A stretch of 64,000 nt of DNA from an uncultured Spartobacteria bacterium (GTDB lineage Bacteria > Verrucomicrobiota > Verrucomicrobiia > Chthoniobacterales > Chthoniobacteraceae): the NCBI GenBank assembly GCA_903901425.1, contig CAIURC010000078.1, forward strand, positions 29,828 to 93,827. The letters are read 5' to 3'. The position numbers and the translations under genes were made by a program. Shown here one piece after another: positions 25,283 to 34,950 of the stretch. Under the pieces are notes generated by a model that worked only from the letters and a program-made list of their open reading frames with translations, made no database searches and was not told where the DNA came from. Each line of letters begins with the position of its first letter. Within the stretch, counting starts at the first letter, position 1.

Positions 25283-27810
25283 ATCTCGCCAAGACCACGC
25301 GGCTGCTGGCCGGGATTCTGGGGCGCCGGATCCTGAACCGGGTGTTTGCGGTGCTGCCGGGCGGACGCCGGAAAGCTGGGGAACGGACTGGGACCGCCCG
25401 GAAACGGGTTGGGGGCCTATTGGTGACCGTGGGTGTGGCATTGATTTTTGCGTTCAACAGTTTCCTGCAGGGGTACACCCTGCTGCAGGCGGTGGCGGTT
25501 GCGCATGGACCGCTCTTGGACGGCGCAGGCCGGATGGTGGTTTCCAAGGGCACCCTTCAAATCCTCGCCTCGATTCGCCAGCTTTCCGAGGGGTCACGCC
25601 GGGAAAATCTGCGCAACGTGCTGATGACTGACGGGCTGCTGATGTCGCCGGGAGCCCGGGACATTCAGGATCTCTGGGCCGACAAGTTGCAGGCCCAGCA
25701 CCGGGCGCACGGAGCCGCCGGATTTCAGACGGTGGAGAGGTCGTTGTTGCGGCCTTTCCCAATGGTGGGTGCCTGGTCAAATCCCGAGGGCCGCCGGGGG
25801 ATGATCGGTGCCGGAGCGCTGCTGCTTGGGATGCTGGCGGTGACCCGTTTTTTTCTGGCGCTGAGCGCTGCCCGGCAGGATCTCGGCCGCGTGGAATGGA
25901 CTACGGAATGGCTTTTCACGTTCCCGGTGCCGGCTTCGCACTTGTTTGCGGCGCAGATCCTGGGACTGGCGCTAGTGGACTTCTTTTCGTGGATCGCGGT
26001 GTTTCCGGTGCTGTGGGTGTATTTTTATGGGGCCGGTCTTGGGTGGTGGAGTCTTGGAGCGGCGTTGGTGGGGATGGTGGGGTTTGGCCTGGCTTCGGCC
26101 GGGTTGCAGGTGGGGGTGGAGACGTTCCTCAGGAAACGGCTTTCGTTGTCGGGGTTGAAAAACGTCCAGGCGCTGGCGACGCTTGTGGCTTCGGTTTCCT
26201 TTCTGGGTCTCTACTTTTTCGGACGCAGCCCGGCGGCAGCGGACCGTCTTCTGGCTGTGGCGCGGAGTTTGCCGCCTTTAGCGCTCTGGAACCCCCTGAG
26301 CTGCGCGGCACTGGGCGCAGAGGGCTGGATTGAGTTGGCGGCCGCCGTGGGTGCGGGAACTGCCACGGCGTGGGTAGGGGTGATGGTTTGTACGCGGCTG
26401 GTCCGGCACGGGCTCCTGGATACGCGGGGCGGCGCGTTTGCGGGCCGGCGGACGCCAGTCGCCGGAGCGGGCTGGGGGGTGGACCGGTGGTTTCCCGTGG
26501 GGATTGCGGGCAAGGAGCTGCGGCTCCTGTTCCGAGACCGGAGCCGGTTGGTGCAGGCGCTGGCGTTGCCTGTTCTGGGGTATGTGCAACTGGTGTGGAA
26601 CCAAGGTTTGATGGAGCATTTGAAGGGCGATTTCCGGGCTTGTGCCGCCTGCGCATTTGGGATGGGGGCGATGGTTCTGGTGCCCACCTGCCTCACGGTG
26701 CTCGCAAACGACAGCCGCGCCCTGTGGTTTCTCAACGCGCTGCCGGTGTCGATTCACGGGGTGCTGCTGCGCAAAACGCGGTTCTGGATGGTGCCGGCGC
26801 TGGCCTACGCGCTGGTGGTCCTGATTCTGGCCGGCCTCCAGATCCGGCACCTGCTTCCCACCGACTTTCTGACTGGGGCAATCGCGCTGGTGGGTGTGGG
26901 CATTTATGCCTACCTCGCTGCGGGCATCGGGATCCTGCGGACGGATCCCCTGGAAACCGAGCCGCAGCGGCGGGTGCCGCCGAGTGCGACCTACCTCTAC
27001 ATGCTGTTGATGGCGATGTACGGCTACTCGCTGTATGCGCCTTCCCTCTGGGCGCAGGTGGTGCAGCTGTTCCTTTCGGCGCTGCTGGCTGGCGCACTCT
27101 GGCAGAAAGCCCGTGAACGGATCCCCTATCTTCTGGACCCCGTGTCCGCCCCGCCGCCCCGCGTTTCCGCCGCTGACGGTCTGATTGCGGTCCTCGCATT
27201 TTTTGTGCTGCAGGGGCTTTTGTTTCTGGCTGGGATCCGGCTCAAACTTCCGGAGGGACCTGCGATTGTGGGGGCGTTCGGGGTGGCTGGGATTTTGGTG
27301 GCCGGTTTTTACCTCTGGGTGACGCGGGGATCGCCTGGCTACTTTGAACGGGCCGACGGACGTCCGCCGGTGGGCTGGCTGAAGGCGCTGGGAACAGGGA
27401 TTGCGGGGGGCGGGGTTGCAGCAGTCTGGGCCGGAGGATACTTGGTGGTTGCCCAGCAGATACCGTATCTGAAGGGGCTTCTGGAGGAGGTGCACGCGAT
27501 CCAGAGTGTGCACGGACTCTGGCTGGTGGTTCTGGCGGTGGTGGCGGCGCCTCTCGCCGAAGAGTTTCTGTTCCGCGGCCTTTTGTTCCGGGGTCTGCGC
27601 CGGGAGTATTCCGCGGGATGGGCGGTGTGTGGAAGTGCCCTGCTCTTTGCAATGATGCATCCGCCGGGCGGCGCCGTGGCGGTGTTTGGGATGGGGGTGG
27701 TTTCGGCGGTGGTTTTGGAAAAAACGGGCCGACTGTGGGCCTCGATGGTGGTCCATGGGATTTACAACGGATGCGCCGTCGCTGCCGTGTGGCTGGCCGG
27801 AAAAGGCTAG
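25279..27810 (+). CDS. Large ABC-type permease fused to a C-terminal CPBP protease domain
   Basis: ATGA overlap with the ATPase; many TM helices; KELRLLFRD; C-terminal APLAEEFLFRG, FAMMH, HGIYN. Confidence 0.75.
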   Translation: MNLAKTTRLLAGILGRRILNRVFAVLPGGRRKAGERTGTARKRVGGLLVTVGVALIFAFNSFLQGYTLLQAVAVAHGPLLDGAGRMVVSKGTLQILASIRQLSEGSRRENLRNVLMTDGLLMSPGARDIQDLWADKLQAQHRAHGAAGFQTVERSLLRPFPMVGAWSNPEGRRGMIGAGALLLGMLAVTRFFLALSAARQDLGRVEWTTEWLFTFPVPASHLFAAQILGLALVDFFSWIAVFPVLWVYFYGAGLGWWSLGAALVGMVGFGLASAGLQVGVETFLRKRLSLSGLKNVQALATLVASVSFLGLYFFGRSPAAADRLLAVARSLPPLALWNPLSCAALGAEGWIELAAAVGAGTATAWVGVMVCTRLVRHGLLDTRGGAFAGRRTPVAGAGWGVDRWFPVGIAGKELRLLFRDRSRLVQALALPVLGYVQLVWNQGLMEHLKGDFRACAACAFGMGAMVLVPTCLTVLANDSRALWFLNALPVSIHGVLLRKTRFWMVPALAYALVVLILAGLQIRHLLPTDFLTGAIALVGVGIYAYLAAGIGILRTDPLETEPQRRVPPSATYLYMLLMAMYGYSLYAPSLWAQVVQLFLSALLAGALWQKARERIPYLLDPVSAPPPRVSAADGLIAVLAFFVLQGLLFLAGIRLKLPEGPAIVGAFGVAGILVAGFYLWVTRGSPGYFERADGRPPVGWLKALGTGIAGGGVAAVWAGGYLVVAQQIPYLKGLLEEVHAIQSVHGLWLVVLAVVAAPLAEEFLFRGLLFRGLRREYSAGWAVCGSALLFAMMHPPGGAVAVFGMGVVSAVVLEKTGRLWASMVVHGIYNGCAVAAVWLAGKG

Positions 27811-27912
27811 CGGCCTTGAGAGGATGCGGGATGGATGCGGGAAAACGAAGACCTGCAGCCGGCCGAATGGATCCTTGCAATTTGGGAATCCAATTCCCAA
27901 ATGGCTACCCAT

Positions 27913-29073
27913 TCACCCGTCAGAATCGGCGTTCAGCGTGTCCAAAAAGGCCCCGTAGGCGTACAAATGCTTTGTTCCCTTCGTGGGCAACTCCCGAAGA
28001 ATACCCAGGCGAACCAGGTGCTTCGCCGCCGAGTGTAGGGTGGGAATCGATAGATGGAGGGAAGTTCTGGCTTCCCGAACGGAACCAACTGGGTGGGCTT
28101 GGAAATGCCGGTGAAGTTCCAGCGCGGAATGGGCGGCCCGGCCAATTCCCGCGATGCGATCCCGATCCGCCTGAAAGAGACCGTTGAGGCGGGTGGCCGT
28201 TTGAAAGGCCTGTTCTCCCGTCACGGCAACTCCCTCGAAAAAGAACAGCAGCCACGCCTCCCAGTCACCCTCATCCCGGACTTGGTTGAGCAGGTCGTAA
28301 TAGAGGTTCCGGTGCGTCTTGAAGAAAAGGCTCAGGTAAAGCAGCGGTTGGCGAAGAGTTCCTTCCGCACAAAGCAGCAGAGTAATCAGGAGGCGTCCAA
28401 CCCGCCCGTTGCCGTCGAGAAACGGGTGAATCGTCTCAAACTGAACGTGTGCCAAGGCCGCCTTGAGCAGAGGCGATGTCTTTTCGGGTTCATCGTGGAG
28501 GAATTTTTCCAACCGATCCAGGCAGGGCATGACTTCCTGTGGCGGCGGAGGCACAAACCGGGCATTCCCCGGGCGCGTTCCGCCGATCCAGTTCTGGCTG
28601 GTCCGGAATTCCCCCGGATTTTTTTGGCTGCCCCTGCTTTTGGATAGAAGGATCTCATGCAATTCGCAGATCAGGCGCAGGGAAATCGGGAATCCCTCCC
28701 GCAACCGTTTCATGCCATGCTCGAGCGCCGAGACGTAGTTGGAAACCTCCTGAACGTCGTCGAGTGGAACGCCCGGGGCCTCCTCGTTCTCGAACAAAAG
28801 CAGATCGGATAAAGAGGATTGGGTTCCTTCGATTTGCGAGGAAAGCACCGCTTCCTTCCGGACGTAGCTGTAAAGAAAGACGGAGGTTTCCGGCAGAATG
28901 GAAGCCATTCCGTCCAGACGCCCAAGCGCCGCATGGGCTGCCGCAAATTGGGACTGAAGCTCTGGCGACCATACAACCGAGGGGGCCGGAGGAAGTGGAC
29001 ACGGCACGAAGGCTCTCGCCCTCTCCCCGACTGTGGAGATGGTCAGATATTGGCCTTGGAGCCCTCGCTTCAC
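27913..29073 (-). CDS. Fic family protein (class II, N-terminal inhibitory motif, probable C-terminal HTH)
   Basis: Canonical HPFLDGNGRVGR; inhibitory SSQIEG; GEFRTSQNWIG; probable GTG start at 29073. Confidence 0.9.
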   Translation of the reverse strand: MKRGLQGQYLTISTVGERARAFVPCPLPPAPSVVWSPELQSQFAAAHAALGRLDGMASILPETSVFLYSYVRKEAVLSSQIEGTQSSLSDLLLFENEEAPGVPLDDVQEVSNYVSALEHGMKRLREGFPISLRLICELHEILLSKSRGSQKNPGEFRTSQNWIGGTRPGNARFVPPPPQEVMPCLDRLEKFLHDEPEKTSPLLKAALAHVQFETIHPFLDGNGRVGRLLITLLLCAEGTLRQPLLYLSLFFKTHRNLYYDLLNQVRDEGDWEAWLLFFFEGVAVTGEQAFQTATRLNGLFQADRDRIAGIGRAAHSALELHRHFQAHPVGSVREARTSLHLSIPTLHSAAKHLVRLGILRELPTKGTKHLYAYGAFLDTLNADSDG

Positions 29074-29116
29074 GGCAAGGACGATGGGGCACAAGCCTGA
29101 ACGACGCAAGCCAGAG

Positions 29117-29144
29117 CGTTAAGCAAACATGTTTATCCTTAACG
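29117..29144. promoter_or_regulatory. Inverted repeat upstream of fic (possible operator)
   Basis: CGTTAAG-N14-CTTAACG with inner palindrome AAACATGTTT. Confidence 0.35.
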
Positions 29145-29374
29145 ACGTGGTGGCTTTCGTTAAAGTTCGCTGGTGAAATTCGCCCTGGAAACGGGAGCTC
29201 CCGACGGCTGATGCCGAAGTTTTATCCCGCTTTATCCGGCGCCCCATAAATCATGGAAAAGGCATTTACGGGTCCGACACTGCCGGATCCGGTTCTTCCA
29301 AGAACCCCTGAAACTTTACACGCTCAAACCCTTGAAGGCCGGATGAGGTGGCGCCTAGGGAGGCCCGACCCAGG

Positions 29375-30172
29375 TCAGGGATTCTGAAGCAACTGAACGT
29401 GGGAAACCGTCACCGCTGTCCCCAGCAGAATCACCCGGTTGCCTTCCAATCGAAGCCGGACAGTCCCACCCCTTGCGCTGGCCTGGTATCCCGTGAACCG
29501 GGTGCCGCCGAGTTTTCCGGCCCAGTAAGGCCCGAGCGCGCAGTGGGCGGAACCTGTCACCGGATCCTCCGGGACACCGGCTGCCGGGGCAAAGAACCGG
29601 GAGACGAAATCGATCCCTGAACGTTCTGATCGGCTCGTGGCGATGATCCCGCGGGCGTTGATCCGGGCAAGGAGTTCCATGCGCGGCGTAAGGGAGCGGA
29701 CGGTAGCCTCGTCCCGGACCTCGGCCAGGTAATCCATCCCGTTCCGGCCGCAGCTCAGGATTTCGCATCCCAAGGCGTCCGCAAGGCCGGCTGGTGGAAT
29801 GCATGGGACACACGGTTTTGCAGGAAAATCCATGGCAACCCATTCGCCCTTCTGCTGGCAGGTCAGGAGACCGCTCCGGGTATGGAACCGGGCAGGCGCT
29901 TCCGGGCTGAGCACGCCGGTGGACCAGAGGAAATGGGCGCTGGCGAGCGTGGCGTGTCCGCAGAGATCGACCTCGGTGGCGGGGGTGAACCAGCGGAGCA
30001 AAAAGCCATCCGCATCGGGATGGAGAAACGCCGTTTCGGACAGGTTCATCTCACCGGCAACCTGTTGCATCCAGGAATCCGGGGCGGGACTCGGAAGGAG
30101 ACAGACGGCCGCTGGATTGCCGGTGAACGGCTCGGAAGCGAATGCGTCAATGACGTGGAGGAGAACTGGCAT
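29375..30172 (-). CDS. PhzF family isomerase
   Basis: DAF..GNPAAV, EMNLSETAF, EVDLCGHATLA, EDPVTGSAH. Confidence 0.93.
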   Translation of the reverse strand: MPVLLHVIDAFASEPFTGNPAAVCLLPSPAPDSWMQQVAGEMNLSETAFLHPDADGFLLRWFTPATEVDLCGHATLASAHFLWSTGVLSPEAPARFHTRSGLLTCQQKGEWVAMDFPAKPCVPCIPPAGLADALGCEILSCGRNGMDYLAEVRDEATVRSLTPRMELLARINARGIIATSRSERSGIDFVSRFFAPAAGVPEDPVTGSAHCALGPYWAGKLGGTRFTGYQASARGGTVRLRLEGNRVILLGTAVTVSHVQLLQNP

Positions 30173-30192
30173 GAGGCGTGGGACCGGGGAGG

Positions 30193-31260
30193 TCAGGGGG
30201 TGGACACCGGGAGCCCCAGAGCGGCGAAGGTCTCCTGGAGATTGCGTTCGATGGTGAATCCGGAGGCGCGTTCGAGCCGGGCCGGGCGTGTGTCGGCCCG
30301 GAGCCCGGAGTCGGCCCAGAGGGTGTATGCCGCAGCCAGGGCGTTGGTAGCCGCCGGGTTATCCAGAACGCTCCCATGGACGCCTAGGGTGAGGAGTTCC
30401 GCCACGCCGTTGGCGGTGGTGGTGATCACCGGGAGTCCGGCGGCGAGCGCTTCCAGACAGGCATTCGAGAAAGGGTCGTACAGCGTCGGCAACACAAATG
30501 CGTCTGCGGCGGAGAGCAGGTCGGGAATGTCCGAACGCGGTCCAAGGAACTGGACGCGGTCACCGTTCGGCAGACCGCGCCGGGAGCCGCGTCCTGCCAC
30601 CAGGAGACGCGCATCCGGGGCCTGTTGGAGGGCGTGAATCGCAAACCTCAGCCCTTTTCGTTCCCAGCCGGAACCCACAAACAGCAGGACGAAGTCCTCG
30701 GGCCCGAGGCCTAGTCCGGCACGGGTGCTGGGGTTCGCAGTGCGCGGGGGCGCGGCGGGGAGGCCGTTGTAGACCACCCGGATGTGCTCGGCGGGAAACG
30801 GGTGCCGTGCCAAGATCTCGTCCCGGACCATGCCGGAATTCGCAATGACGCGGCGGGCGCCTCCAGAAAACAGGGCGTTCTCGAGCCGAACGAGCGACTG
30901 ATGCTTTTTGGAAAAGCCGCGGAACCACGGTTTCCACGGGGGTTCATGTGCGGCGCGGCGTTGGAGCCAGGAGGCGTGGAGGCCGTCTCCGGCGCGAAAT
31001 GCGTCGCATTCCCAGACGCGTTCAAAGCTCAGGAGGAAATCGCAGTGGTTCCGGGGCCGGATTTTCTGGAGGGCATCGGCAAAGCGCAGCGGGTCTGAGG
31101 CCGGGAGCCTGAGCAGTTCGCCGTTCCAGTCGGGCCAGTGGGTGTCACTGAACAGGACGGTGGAATGGCCGGCCTTGGAAACAGCCTCTGCAAATCGGCG
31201 GAGGAACGCCTCGGCGCCGCCGCTGGAGGAAAAGCCGCGCCGGACGAGGCCGATTCTCAT
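30193..31260 (-). CDS. Glycosyltransferase family 4 (WaaG-like)
   Basis: GGAE, RAGDGLH, FVGSGWERKGL, PTLYDPFSNACLEALAAGLPV. Confidence 0.88.
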   Translation of the reverse strand: MRIGLVRRGFSSSGGAEAFLRRFAEAVSKAGHSTVLFSDTHWPDWNGELLRLPASDPLRFADALQKIRPRNHCDFLLSFERVWECDAFRAGDGLHASWLQRRAAHEPPWKPWFRGFSKKHQSLVRLENALFSGGARRVIANSGMVRDEILARHPFPAEHIRVVYNGLPAAPPRTANPSTRAGLGLGPEDFVLLFVGSGWERKGLRFAIHALQQAPDARLLVAGRGSRRGLPNGDRVQFLGPRSDIPDLLSAADAFVLPTLYDPFSNACLEALAAGLPVITTTANGVAELLTLGVHGSVLDNPAATNALAAAYTLWADSGLRADTRPARLERASGFTIERNLQETFAALGLPVSTP

Positions 31261-31284
31261 GGGTGCGCCGGGCGGACGGCCAAG

Positions 31285-32019
31285 TTACTTGAGGGCGGCC
31301 CAGACGCGGTGGACGTCGTCGTGGTCCTCGACACGCTGGAGGAACTCGCCCACCTCGGCCCGTTGGGTGTCGGAGAGGGCGGGGAAATTCTTTGCGACGT
31401 AGCCGAGTTCGCTGGTGACGACGCTCCAGCCGTTCTGGGAGAGCCACTGGGTTGCGGCATGGAGATCGGGGCAGCCGGTGGTGAAGCGCGCGCCGGTGCG
31501 GTCGGCGGGAATATCGTCGTTTTCGGCGTGGGACAGGGGTTCGACGTTCTGGGCGCCGGCCTCGATGGCGGCTGCCTCGATGTCAGCGGCAGGATCGGCG
31601 TGGTGGGCTTCCACAATGCCAACGTGTTCAAAGAGGAACTTGTTGCTGCCGGGCGATCCGAGTTGTCCGCCGTCCTTGAAAATCACCCGGATTTCCGGGG
31701 CGGTGCGGTTGTTGTTGTCGGTGAGGACTTCGATGATCACGGGGACCTTGTGCGGGGTGTAGCCCTCGAACACGACGTGCTCCATCACCAGCTTTTCGGA
31801 GCCGATTCCCGCGCCTTTCTTGATTGCGCGTTCGATAACGTCCCGGGTCACGGAGGCTTTCCGGGCCTTTTCCACGGCGGCAAAAAGGCGGGCGTTGCCC
31901 TCGGGTTCAGGTCCGCCGAGTTTGGCGGCGACCATGATTTCCTTGACCAGTTTTCCGACGACCTGACCTTTTTTGAGGTTGGCGACTTCCCGTTTTGCTT
32001 GCAGCCATTGACGACCCAT
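31285..32019 (-). CDS. yebC: YebC/PmpR family protein
   Basis: GGPEPEGNARL, IERAIKKG, FEGY, LTDNNNRT, DHDDV; ATG 32019. Confidence 0.92.
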   Translation of the reverse strand: MGRQWLQAKREVANLKKGQVVGKLVKEIMVAAKLGGPEPEGNARLFAAVEKARKASVTRDVIERAIKKGAGIGSEKLVMEHVVFEGYTPHKVPVIIEVLTDNNNRTAPEIRVIFKDGGQLGSPGSNKFLFEHVGIVEAHHADPAADIEAAAIEAGAQNVEPLSHAENDDIPADRTGARFTTGCPDLHAATQWLSQNGWSVVTSELGYVAKNFPALSDTQRAEVGEFLQRVEDHDDVHRVWAALK

Positions 32020-32138
32020 AAGGGGGTGGGGTGTAGCATGCCCGGCCCGGGCGTGCAAGGAGAGGCGGGCGACAGTTCCAGAACCGAGGACCTGCCCCGG
32101 GCAAAATCGGGGGCCCGCCTGCCGGAGGCGGCGATACC

Positions 32139-32173
32139 GGGGGCAGGGGGGAGAGGGGGGGCAGGGGAGGGGG
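32139..32173 (+). other. G-quadruplex-compatible G-tract array
   Basis: G5-CA-G6-AGA-G7-CA-G4-A-G5 in the yebC/htpG divergent gap. Confidence 0.5.
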
Positions 32174-32199
32174 CAGCCCCGGATTCCGCACCGGACCCC

Positions 32200-32227
32200 T
32201 TGCGCGGAAGTGCGCCTTGCCTACAAT
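32200..32227 (+). promoter_or_regulatory. Possible sigma70-type promoter for htpG
   Basis: TTGCGC-N16-TACAAT ending 11 bp before the ATG. Confidence 0.3.
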
Positions 32228-32238
32228 GCGCGCCCGCC

Positions 32239-34086
32239 ATGACTACGCAAACCGTCGAAAAACACTCTTTCCAGGCCGAGATCGCCCAGTTGCTGGAGAT
32301 CGTGATCCATTCGCTTTACACGGACAAAGAGATCTTTGTCCGGGAATTGATCTCCAACGCGGCCGATGCCACGGAGAAACTCAAGTTCCTCCAGACCTCA
32401 GGCCAGTCCATATGGCAGTCCGACCGCGAGTTAAAGATCGAGGTGAAAACCGATTCCGAAGCCAAGACCGTCACGATTGCGGACGCCGGCCTCGGCATGA
32501 CCCGCGAGGAACTCATGCAGAACCTGGGCACCATCGCCCATTCCGGTTCCAAGGCGTTCCTCAAACTTCTCGGGGAGAAAAAGGGCGACGCCCATCTCAT
32601 CGGCCAGTTCGGCGTCGGCTTTTACTCAGCCTTCATGGTGGCTGAAAAAGTCACTGTCCGCACCCGCTCCCATCAGGAATCCGAACCGGGCTGGGAATGG
32701 ACCAGCGACGGCCGGTCCGGGTACGAAATTGAGCCGTGCGAAGGGCTCGACCGCGGAACCACCATCGTCCTTCAACTCAAGGACCCCGATTTTGCCGAGG
32801 CCTGGCGGATCGAGGAAATCATCAAGCGGTACTCCAACTTCGTTCCGTTCCCGATCGAGCTGAATGGGAACGTCGTCAACACCGTCCAGGCGTTGTGGAC
32901 CAAAAACCGGAACGAAATCACCGAGGCCGAGTACGAGGAGTTCTACAAGTACACCGGGCACGACTCGAAGGCGCCCCACTACCGGCTCCATTTTGCGGCG
33001 GACGCGCCGTTGTCGATCCGTGCGCTGCTTTTTGTGCCGGAAAAGAACTCGGAACTGATGACGCTCAGCCGGGAGGAGAGCGAGGTGCATCTGTACTGCC
33101 GCCGGGTTTTAATCCAGTCCAAGCCCAAGGAACTTTTGCCGGAATGGCTCCGGTTCCTCCGGGGCGTCGTGGACAGCGAGGATCTGCCGCTGAACATCTC
33201 CCGCGAGACCATGCAGGACTCGGCTTTGATGCGGAAGCTGAACGAGGTTCTCACCAAGCGGGTCTTGAAATGGCTGGAGGAAGAGTCGAAGGCTGATCCT
33301 GAGAAATACGCGCGGTTCATCCAGGAACACGGGCACTGTCTCAAGGAGGGGGTTGCGACCGACTGGGGGCACCGCGAGGCCATTGCCAAGCTGCTCCGGT
33401 TCGAGAGTTCCTACACCGAGCCCGGCAAAACCACGTCGCTGGCCGAGTATGTGTCCCGGATGCCCGAAGGCCAGAAGGACATCTACTGGCTCCAGGCGCC
33501 GAGCCGGGAAAGCGCCGCCAGCAGCCCTTACTACGAGGTTTTTTCGGAACGGAAACAGGAAGTCCTTTTCCTGACGGACCCCCGGGACGAGTTCGTCATG
33601 GAGCATCTCCGCGAGTTTGACGGCAAAAAGGTGGTGGCAGCCGAGAAAGCGGAGGTGGGTCTGGATCGGGAAGTGGGCGGGCTGAGCGCGGACGAGGCCG
33701 AGTCCCTGGGTTCGTACCTCAAGGGGCTCCTCGGGGACCGCGTGGGTGCCGTGCGCGCCTCCAAACGGTTGGTGGAAAGCCCGGCGGTGGTGGTCGACAG
33801 CGATCCGCATCTGACCGCAAGCATGAAACGCATGCTCAAGGCCATGAACCGCGAAGGGGCCGGCGGATTCGATTCCAAGCCGGACCTCGAGTTCAACCCG
33901 GCCAACCCCATGATCGCCCGCCTTGAGAAACTCCGGCACAGGGACCCGGATCTGGCCGGACAGGTTGCCGAACAGATCTTCGACAACGCCCGCGTGGCTG
34001 CCGGTGTCCTTGAGGATCCCCGGGCCATGCTCAAACGGCTCAATCAACTCATGGAAAAACTGCTGGTCAAAGAATCCGGCGCATAG
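32239..34086 (+). CDS. htpG: Molecular chaperone HtpG (Hsp90)
   Basis: FQAEI, HSLYTDKEIFVRELISNA, NLGTIAHSG, IGQFGVGFYS, DSEDLPLNISRE; ATG 32239. Confidence 0.97.
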   Translation: MTTQTVEKHSFQAEIAQLLEIVIHSLYTDKEIFVRELISNAADATEKLKFLQTSGQSIWQSDRELKIEVKTDSEAKTVTIADAGLGMTREELMQNLGTIAHSGSKAFLKLLGEKKGDAHLIGQFGVGFYSAFMVAEKVTVRTRSHQESEPGWEWTSDGRSGYEIEPCEGLDRGTTIVLQLKDPDFAEAWRIEEIIKRYSNFVPFPIELNGNVVNTVQALWTKNRNEITEAEYEEFYKYTGHDSKAPHYRLHFAADAPLSIRALLFVPEKNSELMTLSREESEVHLYCRRVLIQSKPKELLPEWLRFLRGVVDSEDLPLNISRETMQDSALMRKLNEVLTKRVLKWLEEESKADPEKYARFIQEHGHCLKEGVATDWGHREAIAKLLRFESSYTEPGKTTSLAEYVSRMPEGQKDIYWLQAPSRESAASSPYYEVFSERKQEVLFLTDPRDEFVMEHLREFDGKKVVAAEKAEVGLDREVGGLSADEAESLGSYLKGLLGDRVGAVRASKRLVESPAVVVDSDPHLTASMKRMLKAMNREGAGGFDSKPDLEFNPANPMIARLEKLRHRDPDLAGQVAEQIFDNARVAAGVLEDPRAMLKRLNQLMEKLLVKESGA

Positions 34087-34144
34087 AGGGTTATCTCTGT
34101 TCCGGGCCCCAAATACCGACCGGGACTATCCATCCAAATACATC

Positions 34145-34465
34145 ATGAAACTGAATCCCTTGTTTGTAATCGCCGCCGCCGCCGCCGCCCTGACCGGGTG
34201 CGAACAGAAACCTGCAGAAGCGCCTGCGGCTCCTGCGGCTCCTGCTGAGAAACCGGCTGCTCCGGCTGAGAAGCCCGCCGCTCCTGCTGCCCCCAAGGCT
34301 GAGAAGCCCGCTGAAGCCGCCCCGGCGCCAGCTCCGGCTGCAGCGCCCGCTGCGGAAAAACCCGCTGAAGCGCCCGCGGCCCCGGCCGCCGCTCCTGCGG
34401 CTCCTGCGGCTCCTGCCGAGAAGCCGGCTGAACCGGCTCCGGCTGCTCCTGCTGCTGGTCAGTAA
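34145..34465 (+). CDS. Small Pro/Ala-rich repetitive lipoprotein
   Basis: Lipobox LTGC; five AEKPA units among PAA repeats; followed by a terminator. Confidence 0.8.
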   Translation: MKLNPLFVIAAAAAALTGCEQKPAEAPAAPAAPAEKPAAPAEKPAAPAAPKAEKPAEAAPAPAPAAAPAAEKPAEAPAAPAAAPAAPAAPAEKPAEPAPAAPAAGQ

Positions 34466-34486
34466 GCGGTTTAGAGATTCTTTGGT

Positions 34487-34530
34487 GCCGGTCCCCGCGG
34501 AGCATCGTCTCTTGCGGGGACCGGTCTTTT
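34487..34530 (+). terminator. Rho-independent terminator
   Basis: Stem CCGGTCCCCGC (34488-98) / GCGGGGACCGG (34514-24) followed by TCTTTT. Confidence 0.7.
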
Positions 34531-34642
34531 CCCGGGGGCACCCCGGGCACAGACAATTCCCAAGGGCTGGCCAGCCCTTCGATCTCTCGGGATCGGCCGC
34601 TCTTCCGCACCGTGGCCCGTTCAGCGGAAGAACGCAGCCCAT

Positions 34643-34950
34643 TCATCTGGCTGAAGCCGCCCAGGACTTGTCCTTGAAGAAGGCCCATACGCGTCGGAAC
34701 CCTGAAACGACCGGGTCGGGGTGTTTTTGGGCCGACATGCAGGAGTCCCATGCCCGGCCTCCGGCGTCCAGAACGTACTCAACGGTCGCACCACCCTCGC
34801 CAGGAGCGTAGCTCCGGGGGGTGACCGTTCCAGAAACGGACACCATGGGTTTGTTCACGCACCGGATTACCCCGGCCCAGTCGGCCGCGACTTCCTCAAC
34901 GGGCCTTGTCAACGGTGATCTGGATCTCGCGCTCTATCGTGGGGGACGGC
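34643..34950 (-). pseudogene. Probable relic of an LpqC/PHB-depolymerase-like esterase domain
   Basis: VEEVAADWAG..C, YAPGEGGATVEYVLDAGGRAW, VWAFFK resemble the C-terminal part; EREIQITVD in another frame resembles the N-terminal part. Confidence 0.4.

Noticed and set aside
31138..32238. N-terminal extension making HtpG 982 aa
   Set aside because: It is the antisense of yebC plus intergenic DNA; Hsp90 homology starts at ATG 32239
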